Shown here: positions 8,738-18,239 of the stretch, in pieces
Layout: each line of letters begins with the position of its first letter
Numbering within the stretch: position 1 is the first letter of the stretch
IMG/VR virus record: IMGVR_UViG_3300035180_000678
Length of the DNA: 64,000 bases
Direction: 5' to 3' (one strand)
Source: a virus
Taxonomy: Duplodnaviria > Heunggongvirae > Uroviricota > Caudoviricetes
Notes under the pieces: model-generated
Database searches by the model: none
Seen by the model: the letters and a program-made list of their open reading frames with translations, nothing else
What the model was told of the DNA's origin: nothing
Translations under genes and position numbers: made by a program

Positions 8738-9160
8738 AGCAAAGCATACAACCCCCTGAGCCGCGACAACTTGCGTGTGCTGAACCCCAAGGTCTTCGAG
8801 CGGGCGGCGGAGATGATCCTGAAGGGCGAGGCCGAAATGTCGTGCTGCGCCCTCTCCTACGCCAGCGAAGAACTGAACGGCACCTACTGGTGTCCGGAGC
8901 GGGATGTCTACCGTGAAGTGATGGGTCCGAAGACCCTGAAGGAAGAGGTGGCCCACCCGTTTTGGGACAAGCTCGTCACGTCCAAGCGCAAGCCCTACCG
9001 TGCCAACGCCCTCCTGTTCGTGGCGGCGGCGATCCGTGATGCCAAGAGCCGTCGCGGCAAGAAGGCCAAGAAGTCCCTCGGGGCAACCCACGGCCCTGCG
9101 CGTGAGTTCCGCCACGTGCCGGACCCGTCGAGCCAATGGCCCTTCCCGTTGGAGTCGTGA
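8735..9160 (+). CDS. hypothetical protein
   Basis: Internal ATG with a GAAAGGAAA SD. 141 aa. Terminator immediately downstream. Confidence 0.45.
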   Translation: MSKAYNPLSRDNLRVLNPKVFERAAEMILKGEAEMSCCALSYASEELNGTYWCPERDVYREVMGPKTLKEEVAHPFWDKLVTSKRKPYRANALLFVAAAIRDAKSRRGKKAKKSLGATHGPAREFRHVPDPSSQWPFPLES

Positions 9161-9172
9161 TTCTCACGGATG

Positions 9173-9206
9173 AGAAGCCCCACCTAGCCGTGGGGCTTTT
9201 CTCTTG
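9173..9206 (+). terminator. rho-independent terminator
   Basis: AAGCCCCAC-ctagcc-GTGGGGCTT hairpin followed by TTTCTCTT. Confidence 0.65.
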
Positions 9207-9268
9207 TGTGGACCTGAAGTCCTAGGCATAATGAACACATCAACGAACGCACCCCACAGGAGAATCCA

Positions 9269-10906
9269 ATGAGCCGCACCCCCACCCCGCAACAACAAGC
9301 CGTCTGCGACTACGTTGCCAATCTCGTGAAGGCTGGTGCCAAGGGGATGCTGAAGGTGGAAGCCTGTGCGGGCTCTGGCAAGACCTCGACGCTGGTCGTC
9401 ACGGCAGAAGCCTCCCCCGTCCCTTCGATCTACCTTGCCTTCAACAAGGTGACTGCCACCGAGGCGGCGGAAAAGTTCCCGAAGCACGTGGAGTGCCGCA
9501 CGACGCACTCGCTGGCATACGCTGCCTACGGTGCGAAGCTCAATGACAAGCTCTCCCGTCCGCGTGGCAAGTACGTCAACGTGGCTGGCACGGGCTCGGA
9601 GATTGCCCGCTTCTACGGCATCCGCAATCTGGTGATCGATGAAGACCTCATCATCCCGGCGAACTTCCTCGGTCTGCTGGTCAAGGAAACCGTCGCGCTG
9701 TTCGAGCAGTCGGCTGACCTCGCCATCAAGATGAAGCACGTCCCCACGGCAGACCTCTTCGAGAAGTGCAAAGGCAACTCTTCGGCCGTCAACGTTGCCA
9801 AGAAGATCATCCTCGCCAACGCGGAGAGCCTGTGGGAAGACCGCATCAACCTGCGCTCGGAAGTGCTCGCCACGCACGACACCTACCTCAAGTTGTACCA
9901 GATGTCGAAGCCGAAGCTGGCGGGCAAGAGCATCGTCTACGTGGACGAGTTCCAAGACACGACCCCCTGCGTGCTGGACATCGTCATGCAACAGACCGAA
10001 CACGCCATCGTCGTCATGGTGGGCGATGCCCGTCAGGCCATTTATGGCTGGCGCGGTGCTGTCAACGCGATGCAGATGGTCAACGCTGACGCGCTGTACC
10101 TGACGAAGAGCTTCCGCTACGGTCAGTCCATCGCCGACCTCGCCACTGCGGTTCTGGAACGTGACATGGTGATCGATGGCAACGAGAAGATTCAATCGGT
10201 CGTGGCACCCTACAACCTCGTGGACCGCTCTGCCCCCTACACCCGCCTCTTCCGCACCAACACGGCCCTGCTGACGGCTGCTGTGGAGGAAATCCAGAAG
10301 GGCACGGAAGTGTCGCTGGAAATCGACGTGCGGGATTTCGTGAAGCTCCTGCAATCGGCTGTCGCTCTCAACCGAGGCGACATGAAGAACGTCAAGCACG
10401 ATTCCCTGCTGGCCTACTCCAACTGGGGTGAACTGGTGGAAGAGTCGAAGCACTCGGCGGAACTGGGCCGCATCGTCAAGGTGGTCAAGGAGGGCAAGGC
10501 CGACCAGTGGATTCAAGTGCTGGAGCGTCACCAGAACTCGAAGAACCCCCACATCACCTTCACCACGGCTCACAAGTCGAAGGGCCGGGAGTTCGAGCAA
10601 GTCATCGTGGAGAACGACTTCAAGAGCGGCTATGACGAGAACGGTGACTGGGTGGGCCTGCCCGTCGAAGAGCAGAACCTGCTGTACGTGGCCCTGACCC
10701 GAGCCATCCTGAAGCTGGAGTACAACGCCACCACGGAAGAGTACCTGTCACAGTCTTCTGCGCACGACCACATCGACCACGACTGCGCGGAAGCGGACCC
10801 GGAAAGCGACGGCTCGCTGCCGGACATCCAGAGCCGCATGGACACCTTTGTGAAGGGGCAACTGGCCCCGCTGATCCGCGACGTGCAAGACGCGCTCGCA
10901 GCGTAA
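9269..10906 (+). CDS. UvrD/Rep-family SF1 DNA helicase
   Basis: Walker A ACAGSGKTSTL, motif II VYVDEFQD, motif III YGWRGA, motifs V/VI TAHKSKGREF and LLYVALTRA. Confidence 0.8.
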   Translation: MSRTPTPQQQAVCDYVANLVKAGAKGMLKVEACAGSGKTSTLVVTAEASPVPSIYLAFNKVTATEAAEKFPKHVECRTTHSLAYAAYGAKLNDKLSRPRGKYVNVAGTGSEIARFYGIRNLVIDEDLIIPANFLGLLVKETVALFEQSADLAIKMKHVPTADLFEKCKGNSSAVNVAKKIILANAESLWEDRINLRSEVLATHDTYLKLYQMSKPKLAGKSIVYVDEFQDTTPCVLDIVMQQTEHAIVVMVGDARQAIYGWRGAVNAMQMVNADALYLTKSFRYGQSIADLATAVLERDMVIDGNEKIQSVVAPYNLVDRSAPYTRLFRTNTALLTAAVEEIQKGTEVSLEIDVRDFVKLLQSAVALNRGDMKNVKHDSLLAYSNWGELVEESKHSAELGRIVKVVKEGKADQWIQVLERHQNSKNPHITFTTAHKSKGREFEQVIVENDFKSGYDENGDWVGLPVEEQNLLYVALTRAILKLEYNATTEEYLSQSSAHDHIDHDCAEADPESDGSLPDIQSRMDTFVKGQLAPLIRDVQDALAA

Positions 10907-10928
10907 AGAACCACAGCCTTTGGCTCCC

Positions 10929-10966
10929 CGTCTTCGCGGGGGGCCTTTTCTTTTTGTGGGCTGCGT
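10929..10966 (+). terminator. rho-independent terminator
   Basis: CCCCGTCTTCGCGGGG hairpin followed by CCTTTTCTTTTTG. Confidence 0.6.
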
Positions 10967-11006
10967 GGTAGAATCCCTCGAACCCACCTCACACTGGAGA
11001 ACAATG

Positions 11007-11432
11007 GACATCAATCAAATTGAACTTGCCAAGCATATCGCTGCCAAGTTCCACGCGGGCCAAAAGTACGGGGACTACGCGTACACCGAACACGTCTCAC
11101 AAGTGGCTATCAAGGTCAAGCGAGCCTTCCCGGGTGACGAACGACTTGAAGTCATCGCATGGCTTCATGACATCCTCGAAGACACCGTTTGCACCTACGA
11201 GATGCTGCTGGCCCTGTTCGGGGATGAAGTCGCGGATGCTGTGAAGGCGATGACCAAGCGAGAGGACGAGAGCCGTGACGACTACATCTTCCTTCGCGTC
11301 AAGCCGCATCCGCTGGCCCGCAAGGTCAAGCTGTGCGATGCCTTCTGCAACCTGCATGAAAGCCTGATGCGAAACGATGAGAGGCGTATCAAGCGGTACG
11401 GTGAAACTCTCGGGAAGCTGGCAATCGCATGA
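11007..11432 (+). CDS. HD-domain phosphohydrolase, SpoT/MESH1-like ((p)ppGpp hydrolase-like)
   Basis: HxxxxxxY..HD pattern: AAKFHAGQKYGDYAYTEHVSQVA...IAWLHDILEDT is typical of the RelA/SpoT hydrolase HD domain. 141 aa with a GGAGAACA SD. Confidence 0.6.
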   Translation, partial: DINQIELAKHIAAKFHAGQKYGDYAYTEHVSQVAIKVKRAFPGDERLEVIAWLHDILEDTVCTYEMLLALFGDEVADAVKAMTKREDESRDDYIFLRVKPHPLARKVKLCDAFCNLHESLMRNDERRIKRYGETLGKLAIA

Positions 11433-11644
11433 CCACGTTCTTCGATCCTCTCTCCCAAGAGAAGCGAGAGTTCGTCTTCGGTCGCAGAGCCCCGCCCGAC
11501 AACACGAAGTACGAGCCTCTGTGGTGCGAACGCCACAACTACGGGCACAACTGGGCTGACTCGCTGGACGACTTCTGCAAGTGCAGCTATTGCGGCATCA
11601 GCGTGGTGGCCTCCCGAGCCAAGAGAAACCTCAACAAGAACTAG
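11429..11644 (+). CDS. hypothetical protein with a C-terminal Cys cluster
   Basis: 71 aa. ATGA overlap with the HD gene. Contains CERHNYGHNW...CKCSYCG. Confidence 0.4.
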   Translation: MTTFFDPLSQEKREFVFGRRAPPDNTKYEPLWCERHNYGHNWADSLDDFCKCSYCGISVVASRAKRNLNKN

Positions 11645-11653
11645 AAAGGACGC

Positions 11654-14086
11654 ATGAAGCGATTCGTAACCGACATCGAGTCGAACAACCTGCTGAACGA
11701 GCAGAGCATCGACTACCTGAGCGCACCGTTCAAGCTGAAGCCCACTTTCGTCATCCACTGTGCCGTCATCATCGACGTGGACACTGGCGCGACGTGGCGG
11801 TTCGTCGGCGAAGAAATTCGTGGCGCGTACATAGATAAGCTGAAGGAAGCAGATGTCATCATCGGCCACAACATCCTCGACTTCGATTTGCTGGCTATCA
11901 AGCTCTACTGTGACATCGAGTACACGGTGGGGGATCGTTCGTTCGGAGAACGCGACACCTTCTGTGGAAAACCTGTGGATATCTTTGACACCCTCGTGGC
12001 GTCGAAGTGTCTGAACCCGGACCGCTTCGGTGGACATTCGCTGGACGAATGGGGCATCCGCCTCGGCGAGCACAAGATCGACTGGCGGGCGAAGGCTCTT
12101 GAACTGGGCTTGATCCACTACTCCGATCCAAAGGGTGCCGAGTTCCGTGTCTACCATCCGGAGATGCTGGTCTACAACGAGCAGGACTGCAAGACGAACG
12201 TCAAGCTCTACCTGCATCTGCTGGACGAGATGGAGGGCTGGGACTGGGCTTCCGCGATGAACCTCGAACACCTCGTGCGAGACATCGTGACGCGGCAATC
12301 CCACCGTGGCTTCGCGTTCAACGAGACGCTGGCCCGGGAGAACATCAAGTTCCTCGACGAGAAGATGGAAGAAATCCGTCTCATCGTCGAGCCGCTGCTG
12401 CCTCCGAAGCCGATGGGCATTACGAAGGCGAAGGCATACTGTCCCCCGAAGATTCAGTTCAAGAAGAACGGGGAGATGTCTTCGCACATGCAGAAGTTCA
12501 TCGAGAAGCACAACGGGAAGTTCAACGAGGAAGAGCGTACCGCTGAGTTCTTCGGGACTGTCTGGAAGCTTCCGATGGACCCGGAGGTGCCCATCCTGAC
12601 CACGGAGCCTGCCACCGTGAAGGACACGACGCACATCAAGGGCTGGCTGGTGGAGCTTGGCTGGGTTCCCTCTCAGTACAAAGAACGTGACCTCACGTGC
12701 GACTCGAAGAAGAACAAGCTGTCTCCCGACAAGTTCGCGGATGCAGTGGAACGCTACGTCGAGCAAACGCTGGCGTCTCCCTTCTGCAAGGACCGTTGTG
12801 ACAACCTCGGTGTGAGGCCCGACAAGCTGCGCAACAAACTGATGCTGCACAAGCCCGGGCGTCCGTTGAAGGTCTACACCAACCCGACGTTCACCGTGGG
12901 GCAGGAAAAGGAAATGGACCCGGCTCTGCTGGAACTGTCTGACAAGTTCCCGCACGCCAAGCTCATCTCTGAGTACCTGACCTACTCCCACCGCCGCAAC
13001 TCGATCCTCGGGGGCATGGTGGACCCTGATGAGATGGATGAAGATGATGAATTTGCGGGCAAGGGCTATCTGGCATCGGATCGTATTGCTGTGGATGGAC
13101 GCATCCCGACTCCTGCTGACTCGTGCGGAGCGGGAACTTCTCGCTTCAAGCATCGGTTGGTTGCTAACATCCCTCGCATCACGTCTCTCTTCGGGGAGAA
13201 CATGCGGGGCATGTTTGGCTCGGACGTTAAGGGCGGCTTCTACCAAATGGGCTACGATTTCGCCTCGCTTGAGGCGATGATCGAGTCGCACTACTGCTGG
13301 CGGTATGACGACGAAGACCACAGCTATTGCCTGTCGCTGACGATGGAGAAGCCGAACGACGTTCACACGAAGACGGCGAAGCTCATCGAGACGTTGGTGT
13401 CTCAGGCGATTGGCAAGGCATTCCCGTTCGCTCGGCAGAGTGCGAAGCCTGTGAAGTACGCGTGCGCCTACGGTGCCATGCCGAAGCGAGTGGCGAAGAC
13501 TGTGGGCGTCTCCGAGGATATCGGTGCGCTGATCCACGGGGCCTACTGGCAAGCGGCGAAGCCTCTGGCTGCGTTGGGCGAGAAGCTGAAGGAATACTGG
13601 GAGACGACGGGCGGTAAGAAGTACATCCTCGGGCTGGACGGTCGCAAGATTCCCACCCGCAGTGCTTCGGCCCTCATCAACTCTCTGTTCCAATCGGCGG
13701 GCGTCATCTGCGCCAAGCGGGCGATGGTGCTGCACGAACGGAAGATGCGAGAGGCTGGGCTGACTGTTGACTTCTTCCGGGATGACTGGAAGAATGCTGC
13801 ATTCGTCCAACAGATGATCGCCTACCACGACGAAGCGCAGTTGGAAGTCCACAAGTCGCGCATCAAGTGGAAGACGTTCAAGGAAGAGGCTGATGCCAAG
13901 GCGTTCCGCAAGGAAAACCCTACGTGGTCTGAAGTCGGTCACTCCGATAAGGGCTACTACGTCGGCTACACTCTCGCGGGTGAACTGATTCAAGAGGCAG
14001 TCCGTGAGACGAGTGCTTTCTACAAACTCAACGTCACGTTGTCGGCCGACTACATTCTCGGGCGCAATTGGGCCGAATGCCATTAA
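11654..14086 (+). CDS. family A DNA polymerase (T7 gp5-like) with 3'-5' exonuclease domain
   Basis: Exo motif DIESNNL / GHNILDFD. Pol A motif A DFASLEAM, motif B RQSAKPVKYACAYGA, motif C HDE. 810 aa. Confidence 0.85.
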   Translation: MKRFVTDIESNNLLNEQSIDYLSAPFKLKPTFVIHCAVIIDVDTGATWRFVGEEIRGAYIDKLKEADVIIGHNILDFDLLAIKLYCDIEYTVGDRSFGERDTFCGKPVDIFDTLVASKCLNPDRFGGHSLDEWGIRLGEHKIDWRAKALELGLIHYSDPKGAEFRVYHPEMLVYNEQDCKTNVKLYLHLLDEMEGWDWASAMNLEHLVRDIVTRQSHRGFAFNETLARENIKFLDEKMEEIRLIVEPLLPPKPMGITKAKAYCPPKIQFKKNGEMSSHMQKFIEKHNGKFNEEERTAEFFGTVWKLPMDPEVPILTTEPATVKDTTHIKGWLVELGWVPSQYKERDLTCDSKKNKLSPDKFADAVERYVEQTLASPFCKDRCDNLGVRPDKLRNKLMLHKPGRPLKVYTNPTFTVGQEKEMDPALLELSDKFPHAKLISEYLTYSHRRNSILGGMVDPDEMDEDDEFAGKGYLASDRIAVDGRIPTPADSCGAGTSRFKHRLVANIPRITSLFGENMRGMFGSDVKGGFYQMGYDFASLEAMIESHYCWRYDDEDHSYCLSLTMEKPNDVHTKTAKLIETLVSQAIGKAFPFARQSAKPVKYACAYGAMPKRVAKTVGVSEDIGALIHGAYWQAAKPLAALGEKLKEYWETTGGKKYILGLDGRKIPTRSASALINSLFQSAGVICAKRAMVLHERKMREAGLTVDFFRDDWKNAAFVQQMIAYHDEAQLEVHKSRIKWKTFKEEADAKAFRKENPTWSEVGHSDKGYYVGYTLAGELIQEAVRETSAFYKLNVTLSADYILGRNWAECH

Positions 14087-14099
14087 CACGAAAGGAATT

Positions 14100-14312
14100 A
14101 TGACTTCTCAACCGCACACCATCGACTCCCTTATCACCGCATTGGAGGCCCTGAAGACCAAGGAAGCCGGTTCGACGCCTGTCATGACACGAGAAACCTA
14201 CCTCGCAGGGAGCCTTAGCACGGCTAACGATACGCTGGGCATCGAAACGATCTACATGGCAAACCCGGATGGCACGGACTCCAGTACCGTGCTTTGCATC
14301 GTCCTCTCGTAA
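14100..14312 (+). CDS. hypothetical protein
   Basis: Internal ATG with a GAAAGGAA SD. 70 aa. Confidence 0.4.
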   Translation: MTSQPHTIDSLITALEALKTKEAGSTPVMTRETYLAGSLSTANDTLGIETIYMANPDGTDSSTVLCIVLS

Positions 14313-14315
14313 GTC

Positions 14316-14477
14316 ATGAACTTCTTCCAAGGACTCGGGCTCGTTGCCCTGCTGGTGTGGAACAACTCCCTCGTGTCGAAGGGCAGCCTGTGGTGCCTTC
14401 TGGTCATGCTGCTGATCGTCCTGTACGTAAGGTCGATGGTCAACGATGCTGCCAAGACCAAGTACAGCGACTGGTAA
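14316..14477 (+). CDS. small membrane protein (53 aa)
   Basis: MNFFQGLGLVALLVWNN...WCLLVMLLIVLY is hydrophobic. Below the ORF-track cutoff. Confidence 0.25.
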   Translation: MNFFQGLGLVALLVWNNSLVSKGSLWCLLVMLLIVLYVRSMVNDAAKTKYSDW

Positions 14478-14818
14478 TGGCAAAGAACCGCATGGGCCGT
14501 CCCACGTTGGAGCAACAACGTGTTGCCCAGTGGGCCAAAGACAAGGTGGTGAGGCTGTTGTACGCCACCGTGAAAGTCTTGATCGACGGAGGCAGCCATG
14601 TTACAGTGGCTGCTTCCTATGTGATGAAGTTCCCTGAAGACTTCCCCCGAGCGTGGAACGTCAAGAAGGAAGGCGACATCAACATCTACCGCTTCCGAGC
14701 AAACAAAGTTCTTGACTGGCTTCGAGCACATGGTTACACTGACCTCGACACGGAGATAATTCGTGCAGCCAAGATCAAATTCACAATGAAAGAAAAGGAG
14801 CTTGATGATTCTCTGTGA
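14477..14818 (+). CDS. hypothetical protein
   Basis: ATG at 14477 overlaps the upstream stop (TAATG). 113 aa. Confidence 0.4.
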   Translation: MAKNRMGRPTLEQQRVAQWAKDKVVRLLYATVKVLIDGGSHVTVAASYVMKFPEDFPRAWNVKKEGDINIYRFRANKVLDWLRAHGYTDLDTEIIRAAKIKFTMKEKELDDSL

Positions 14819-15107
14819 CCCCGAGGCGCTGCTGCGCCACACCATCATCGGCATCAACGTCGTGGGTGATGAACTCATCGAAATCTTCACCGAAGACGGC
14901 AACCCGGACGAACCCCGGTACATCGTCCAGCCCGTCGAAGGCATCATCGACAGCATCGAAGGCGACCTCGCCGACCTGTGCGAGTGCAAGCCGCTCCATT
15001 CCGAGGTGTTCTTCACCGAAGGGCTGCCGGTCTTCCGGATGTACTCCTTCTACGGGGAAGTGGACATCATCTTCTCCGCCCTCGACGTGGCGATCTTCCA
15101 ATGCTGA
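14802..15107 (+). CDS. hypothetical acidic protein
   Basis: 101-aa ORF with a AAGGAG SD. Confidence 0.4.
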   Translation: MMILCDPEALLRHTIIGINVVGDELIEIFTEDGNPDEPRYIVQPVEGIIDSIEGDLADLCECKPLHSEVFFTEGLPVFRMYSFYGEVDIIFSALDVAIFQC

Positions 15108-15895
15108 AGGTTCAATCTGGTGGCCTCGACCTGACCGTCAAGCAATGGCGCTTTCCTTGCGGTGAAGCTGGCTTCAAGATCGAATCCGCTCCCAGCCTCA
15201 TCGAGTTCCAAGACGTGTGGATTCATCTGCACTGGGAGGGCAACGATGACCTGATGGCGCTGGCGCAAGCTGTCGATGCCGTGCGTCATGCGGGTGCCAA
15301 GCGCATCTTCCTCCGGATGCCGTACTTCCCGTACAGTCGTCAGGATCGCCGATGCAACCCGGGCGAAGGCCATGCGTTGAAGATGGTGGCTCAGTTCATC
15401 AACAGCCTTGACTTCGAGTTCGTGGAAACGTATGATGCCCACAGCACCGTGCTCGAAGCCGTGGTGGATCGACTGAACGTGATGCCGCAAGCTGAATGCG
15501 CCATCCGTCTTCCGATCCATGACATCCTGATCGCTCCGGATGCTGGCGCTGCGAAGAAGGTCTTCAAGCACGGCCAAGTCGTGAATGGCATGGCTGAAGC
15601 TCTGGTGGCGGACAAGGTTCGAGGCGAGCGCGGCGTCATCCTCTCCACGCGCATCTACGATGCCTCGAAGGTCAAGGGCAAGCGGGTCTGCGTGGTGGAC
15701 GACCTCTGTGACGGAGGTGCTACGTTCATCGAACTGGCGAAGGTGCTGTGGGCAAACGACCCGGCCGAACTGAACCTGTACGTCACACACGGGTTCTTCA
15801 CGAAGGGTGCTGATGTTCTGCTGCCCTACTACGACAACATCTACGTGGCAAATCTCATGAATGAGAACGCCCGAAACCAAGTCAAGGAGATTTGA
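15101..15895 (+). CDS. ribose-phosphate pyrophosphokinase (Prs)-like enzyme; candidate ADPR-pyrophosphate synthetase (Adps) of a NARP1-type module
   Basis: PYFPYSRQDR matches the Prs catalytic loop PYFGYARQDR. VVDDLCDGGATF matches the PRPP/ribose-phosphate binding loop. Start taken at the internal ATG (15101) after the upstream stop. Confidence 0.75.
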   Translation: MLKVQSGGLDLTVKQWRFPCGEAGFKIESAPSLIEFQDVWIHLHWEGNDDLMALAQAVDAVRHAGAKRIFLRMPYFPYSRQDRRCNPGEGHALKMVAQFINSLDFEFVETYDAHSTVLEAVVDRLNVMPQAECAIRLPIHDILIAPDAGAAKKVFKHGQVVNGMAEALVADKVRGERGVILSTRIYDASKVKGKRVCVVDDLCDGGATFIELAKVLWANDPAELNLYVTHGFFTKGADVLLPYYDNIYVANLMNENARNQVKEI

Positions 15896-15899
15896 CCAC

Positions 15900-17468
15900 A
15901 TGAAGAGCTTCCCCCTCCACGCCGCCGACTTCTACAAACTGTCCCACCGCAAGTTCATGCGCGAGGGCACGACGTTCCTCTACGCCAACCTGACCCCGCG
16001 TGCGGGCAAGTACATGGCGTGGGCGGATGACAACCAGCAAGTCGTCGTCCTCGGCCTCCAGCACTTCCTGAAGGACTTCCTGATCGGCGAGTTCAACGAA
16101 GCGTTCTTCAACCGCCCCAAGGCGGAAGTCATCGCCAAGTTCAAACGCCGCTGTGACACGTCCCTCGGGCCGGACTCCATCCCGACCGATCACATCGAGG
16201 CCCTGCACGACCTCGGCTACCTGCCGCTGTGCATCAAGGCCCTGCCCGAAGGCTCACTGGTGAACTTCAAGGTGCCGGTCCTGACGGTGTTCAACACGCA
16301 CCCGGACTTCGCGTGGCTGGTGACATACATCGAGAGCGTCCTGTCCGATGAACTGTGGCCCGTGATGACCAGCGCCACTACGGCTTTCCAGTTCCTCAAG
16401 GTGTGCAACGAGTATGCCGACAAGACCGTGGGCCATCGTCTGCACGTGCCGTTCCAGTGCCACGACTTCTCCATGCGTGGCATGATGGGTCGTCAAGCTG
16501 CTGCCCTGTCGGGCATCGGCCACCTTGCCTCGTTCACAGGCACGGACACCATCCAAGCCATCGATCTGATCGAGGACTACTACAACGTGGACGCGGAGAC
16601 GTTCTTCATCGCGGGCTCCGTCCCGGCTTCGGAGCACAGCGTGACCTCGCTGGGCATCGCAGTGGATGGCGAGATGGAGACGCTGCGCCGCTGGATTTCG
16701 GTGGACTACCCGGAAGGCATCGTGTCCATCGTGTCGGACACCATCGACTACTGGAAGGTGCTGACCGAGTACCTGCCCGCGCTGGAGCCGGAAATCCGTG
16801 CTCGCAAGAAGAACGCTCTCGGCTTCGCCAAGGTGGTCGTCCGTCCGGACTCGGGTGACCCCGTGCGGATCATCTGTGGCTACGACGAGTCGGAACTGAA
16901 CCGTCGCCCGGGCCTGATCGCGCAAGGTCTGGTCATGGTGCGGGAAGACAACAGCCTCATCACGCTCGAAGAGGCGGACGGTTCCATCGTGACGCTCTAC
17001 CGCAAGTTCGGTGGCACGGTGAACGCCAAGGGCTACAAGGAACTCGACCCCTGCATCGGCCTGATCTATGGTGACTCGATCACCCTCGACCGTGCCAAGG
17101 AAATCTTCGCCCGCCTCGAACGCAAGGGCTTCGCGTCCTCGAACGTCGTGTTCGGCGTCGGCTCCTACACCTACCAGCACGTCACCCGTGACACGCTGGG
17201 CATCGCTGTGAAGGCCACCTACGCTGTGGTGGATGGCGAAGGCAAGGAACTGTTCAAAGACCCGAAGACGGACTCCGGTGTCAAGAAGAGTGCCCGTGGC
17301 CTGTTGGTCGTCGGCAAGAAGGGCGACACGGACGAGTACGTGCTGGTCGATCAAGTCGGTGTCGAAACCGAGAAGTCGGGCTTCCTCCGTGAAGTCTTCC
17401 GCGACAGCACGATCCTCGTGGAAGAGGACTGGGGCACGATCCGCAACCGCTTGCAATCGCAGGCGTAA
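15900..17468 (+). CDS. nicotinamide phosphoribosyltransferase (NAMPT/NadV)-like enzyme; candidate Namat
   Basis: Full-length match of the characteristic NAMPT segments (HDFSMRGM, GTDT, SVPASEHS, RPDSGDP, GLIYGDS, FGVGS). Lies immediately downstream of the Prs-like gene. Confidence 0.85.
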   Translation: MKSFPLHAADFYKLSHRKFMREGTTFLYANLTPRAGKYMAWADDNQQVVVLGLQHFLKDFLIGEFNEAFFNRPKAEVIAKFKRRCDTSLGPDSIPTDHIEALHDLGYLPLCIKALPEGSLVNFKVPVLTVFNTHPDFAWLVTYIESVLSDELWPVMTSATTAFQFLKVCNEYADKTVGHRLHVPFQCHDFSMRGMMGRQAAALSGIGHLASFTGTDTIQAIDLIEDYYNVDAETFFIAGSVPASEHSVTSLGIAVDGEMETLRRWISVDYPEGIVSIVSDTIDYWKVLTEYLPALEPEIRARKKNALGFAKVVVRPDSGDPVRIICGYDESELNRRPGLIAQGLVMVREDNSLITLEEADGSIVTLYRKFGGTVNAKGYKELDPCIGLIYGDSITLDRAKEIFARLERKGFASSNVVFGVGSYTYQHVTRDTLGIAVKATYAVVDGEGKELFKDPKTDSGVKKSARGLLVVGKKGDTDEYVLVDQVGVETEKSGFLREVFRDSTILVEEDWGTIRNRLQSQA

Positions 17469-17477
17469 GGAGGTAGA

Positions 17478-18212
17478 ATGAGCAACGTCATCATGACCAG
17501 CACGGGAAGCTACTTCCCGTTCGAGAATCCGGAGTCGCACAACTTCGACATCAAGGAGATTGCTTGGGCACTCTCCAACCTCTGCCGATACACGGGGCAC
17601 GTGAGCAAGTTCTACAGCGTGGCCCAGCACTCGGTGTGGGTGAGCCGCATGGTGCCTCCGGAACTGGCTCTGGCTGCCCTGATGCACGATGCTTCGGAAG
17701 CCTACCTCGGGGACGTGGCGAGCCCGCTCAAGCGTCTCCTGCCCGACTACAAGCTCATCGAAGAGCGTGTCGAGCGTGCCATCTGCGCCCACTTCGGTCT
17801 GCCGTTCCCGCTGGACGCCCGGATCAAGGAAGCGGACCTCCGGATGCTGATGACCGAACGTCGCAGCCTGCTGCCCGCTGACGAGTTGAACGTGGGCCAC
17901 TGGCCCCTGTACAAGCCCTACGACTTCAACGTGGAGCCCCTTCAACCCGTGGACGCCCACGCCCTGTTCCTCGAACGCTATGAGGAACTGAAGAACGTGG
18001 CACCTCCGCCCGAAGTGGAAGTTCCGACCGGCCGCGTGCTTCGAGACAGGTTTGAAGATGCGGAGCCGGGAGACATCTTCTTCCTCAATGGCAGCCGGTA
18101 CGTTGCTGAAGACTACAAAGAGGGCGGATGCTCGAACTGTGCTGGTTACGGAAAGGGTCCGTGTAACTTCTTGCCCGGTTGCTCGGGCATCATCTGGCTC
18201 AAAAAGAATTGA
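17478..18212 (+). CDS. HD-domain 5'-deoxynucleotidase (YfbR-like)
   Basis: LCRYTGH...SVAQHS...AALMHDASEAYLGD HD-domain metal ligands, as in YfbR-type nucleotidases. 244 aa. Confidence 0.65.
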   Translation: MSNVIMTSTGSYFPFENPESHNFDIKEIAWALSNLCRYTGHVSKFYSVAQHSVWVSRMVPPELALAALMHDASEAYLGDVASPLKRLLPDYKLIEERVERAICAHFGLPFPLDARIKEADLRMLMTERRSLLPADELNVGHWPLYKPYDFNVEPLQPVDAHALFLERYEELKNVAPPPEVEVPTGRVLRDRFEDAEPGDIFFLNGSRYVAEDYKEGGCSNCAGYGKGPCNFLPGCSGIIWLKKN

Positions 18213-18239
18213 CAAGAAAGGACACATCATCGACAATCA

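Noticed and set aside
9164-10600. 478-aa minus-strand ORF
   Set aside because: Antisense to the UvrD-like helicase gene.
11282-14089. 935-aa minus-strand ORF
   Set aside because: Antisense to the family-A DNA polymerase, which has clear motifs. No SD, and Arg-rich composition.
16254-18236. 660-aa minus-strand ORF
   Set aside because: Antisense to the NAMPT-like and HD genes, which are well supported.
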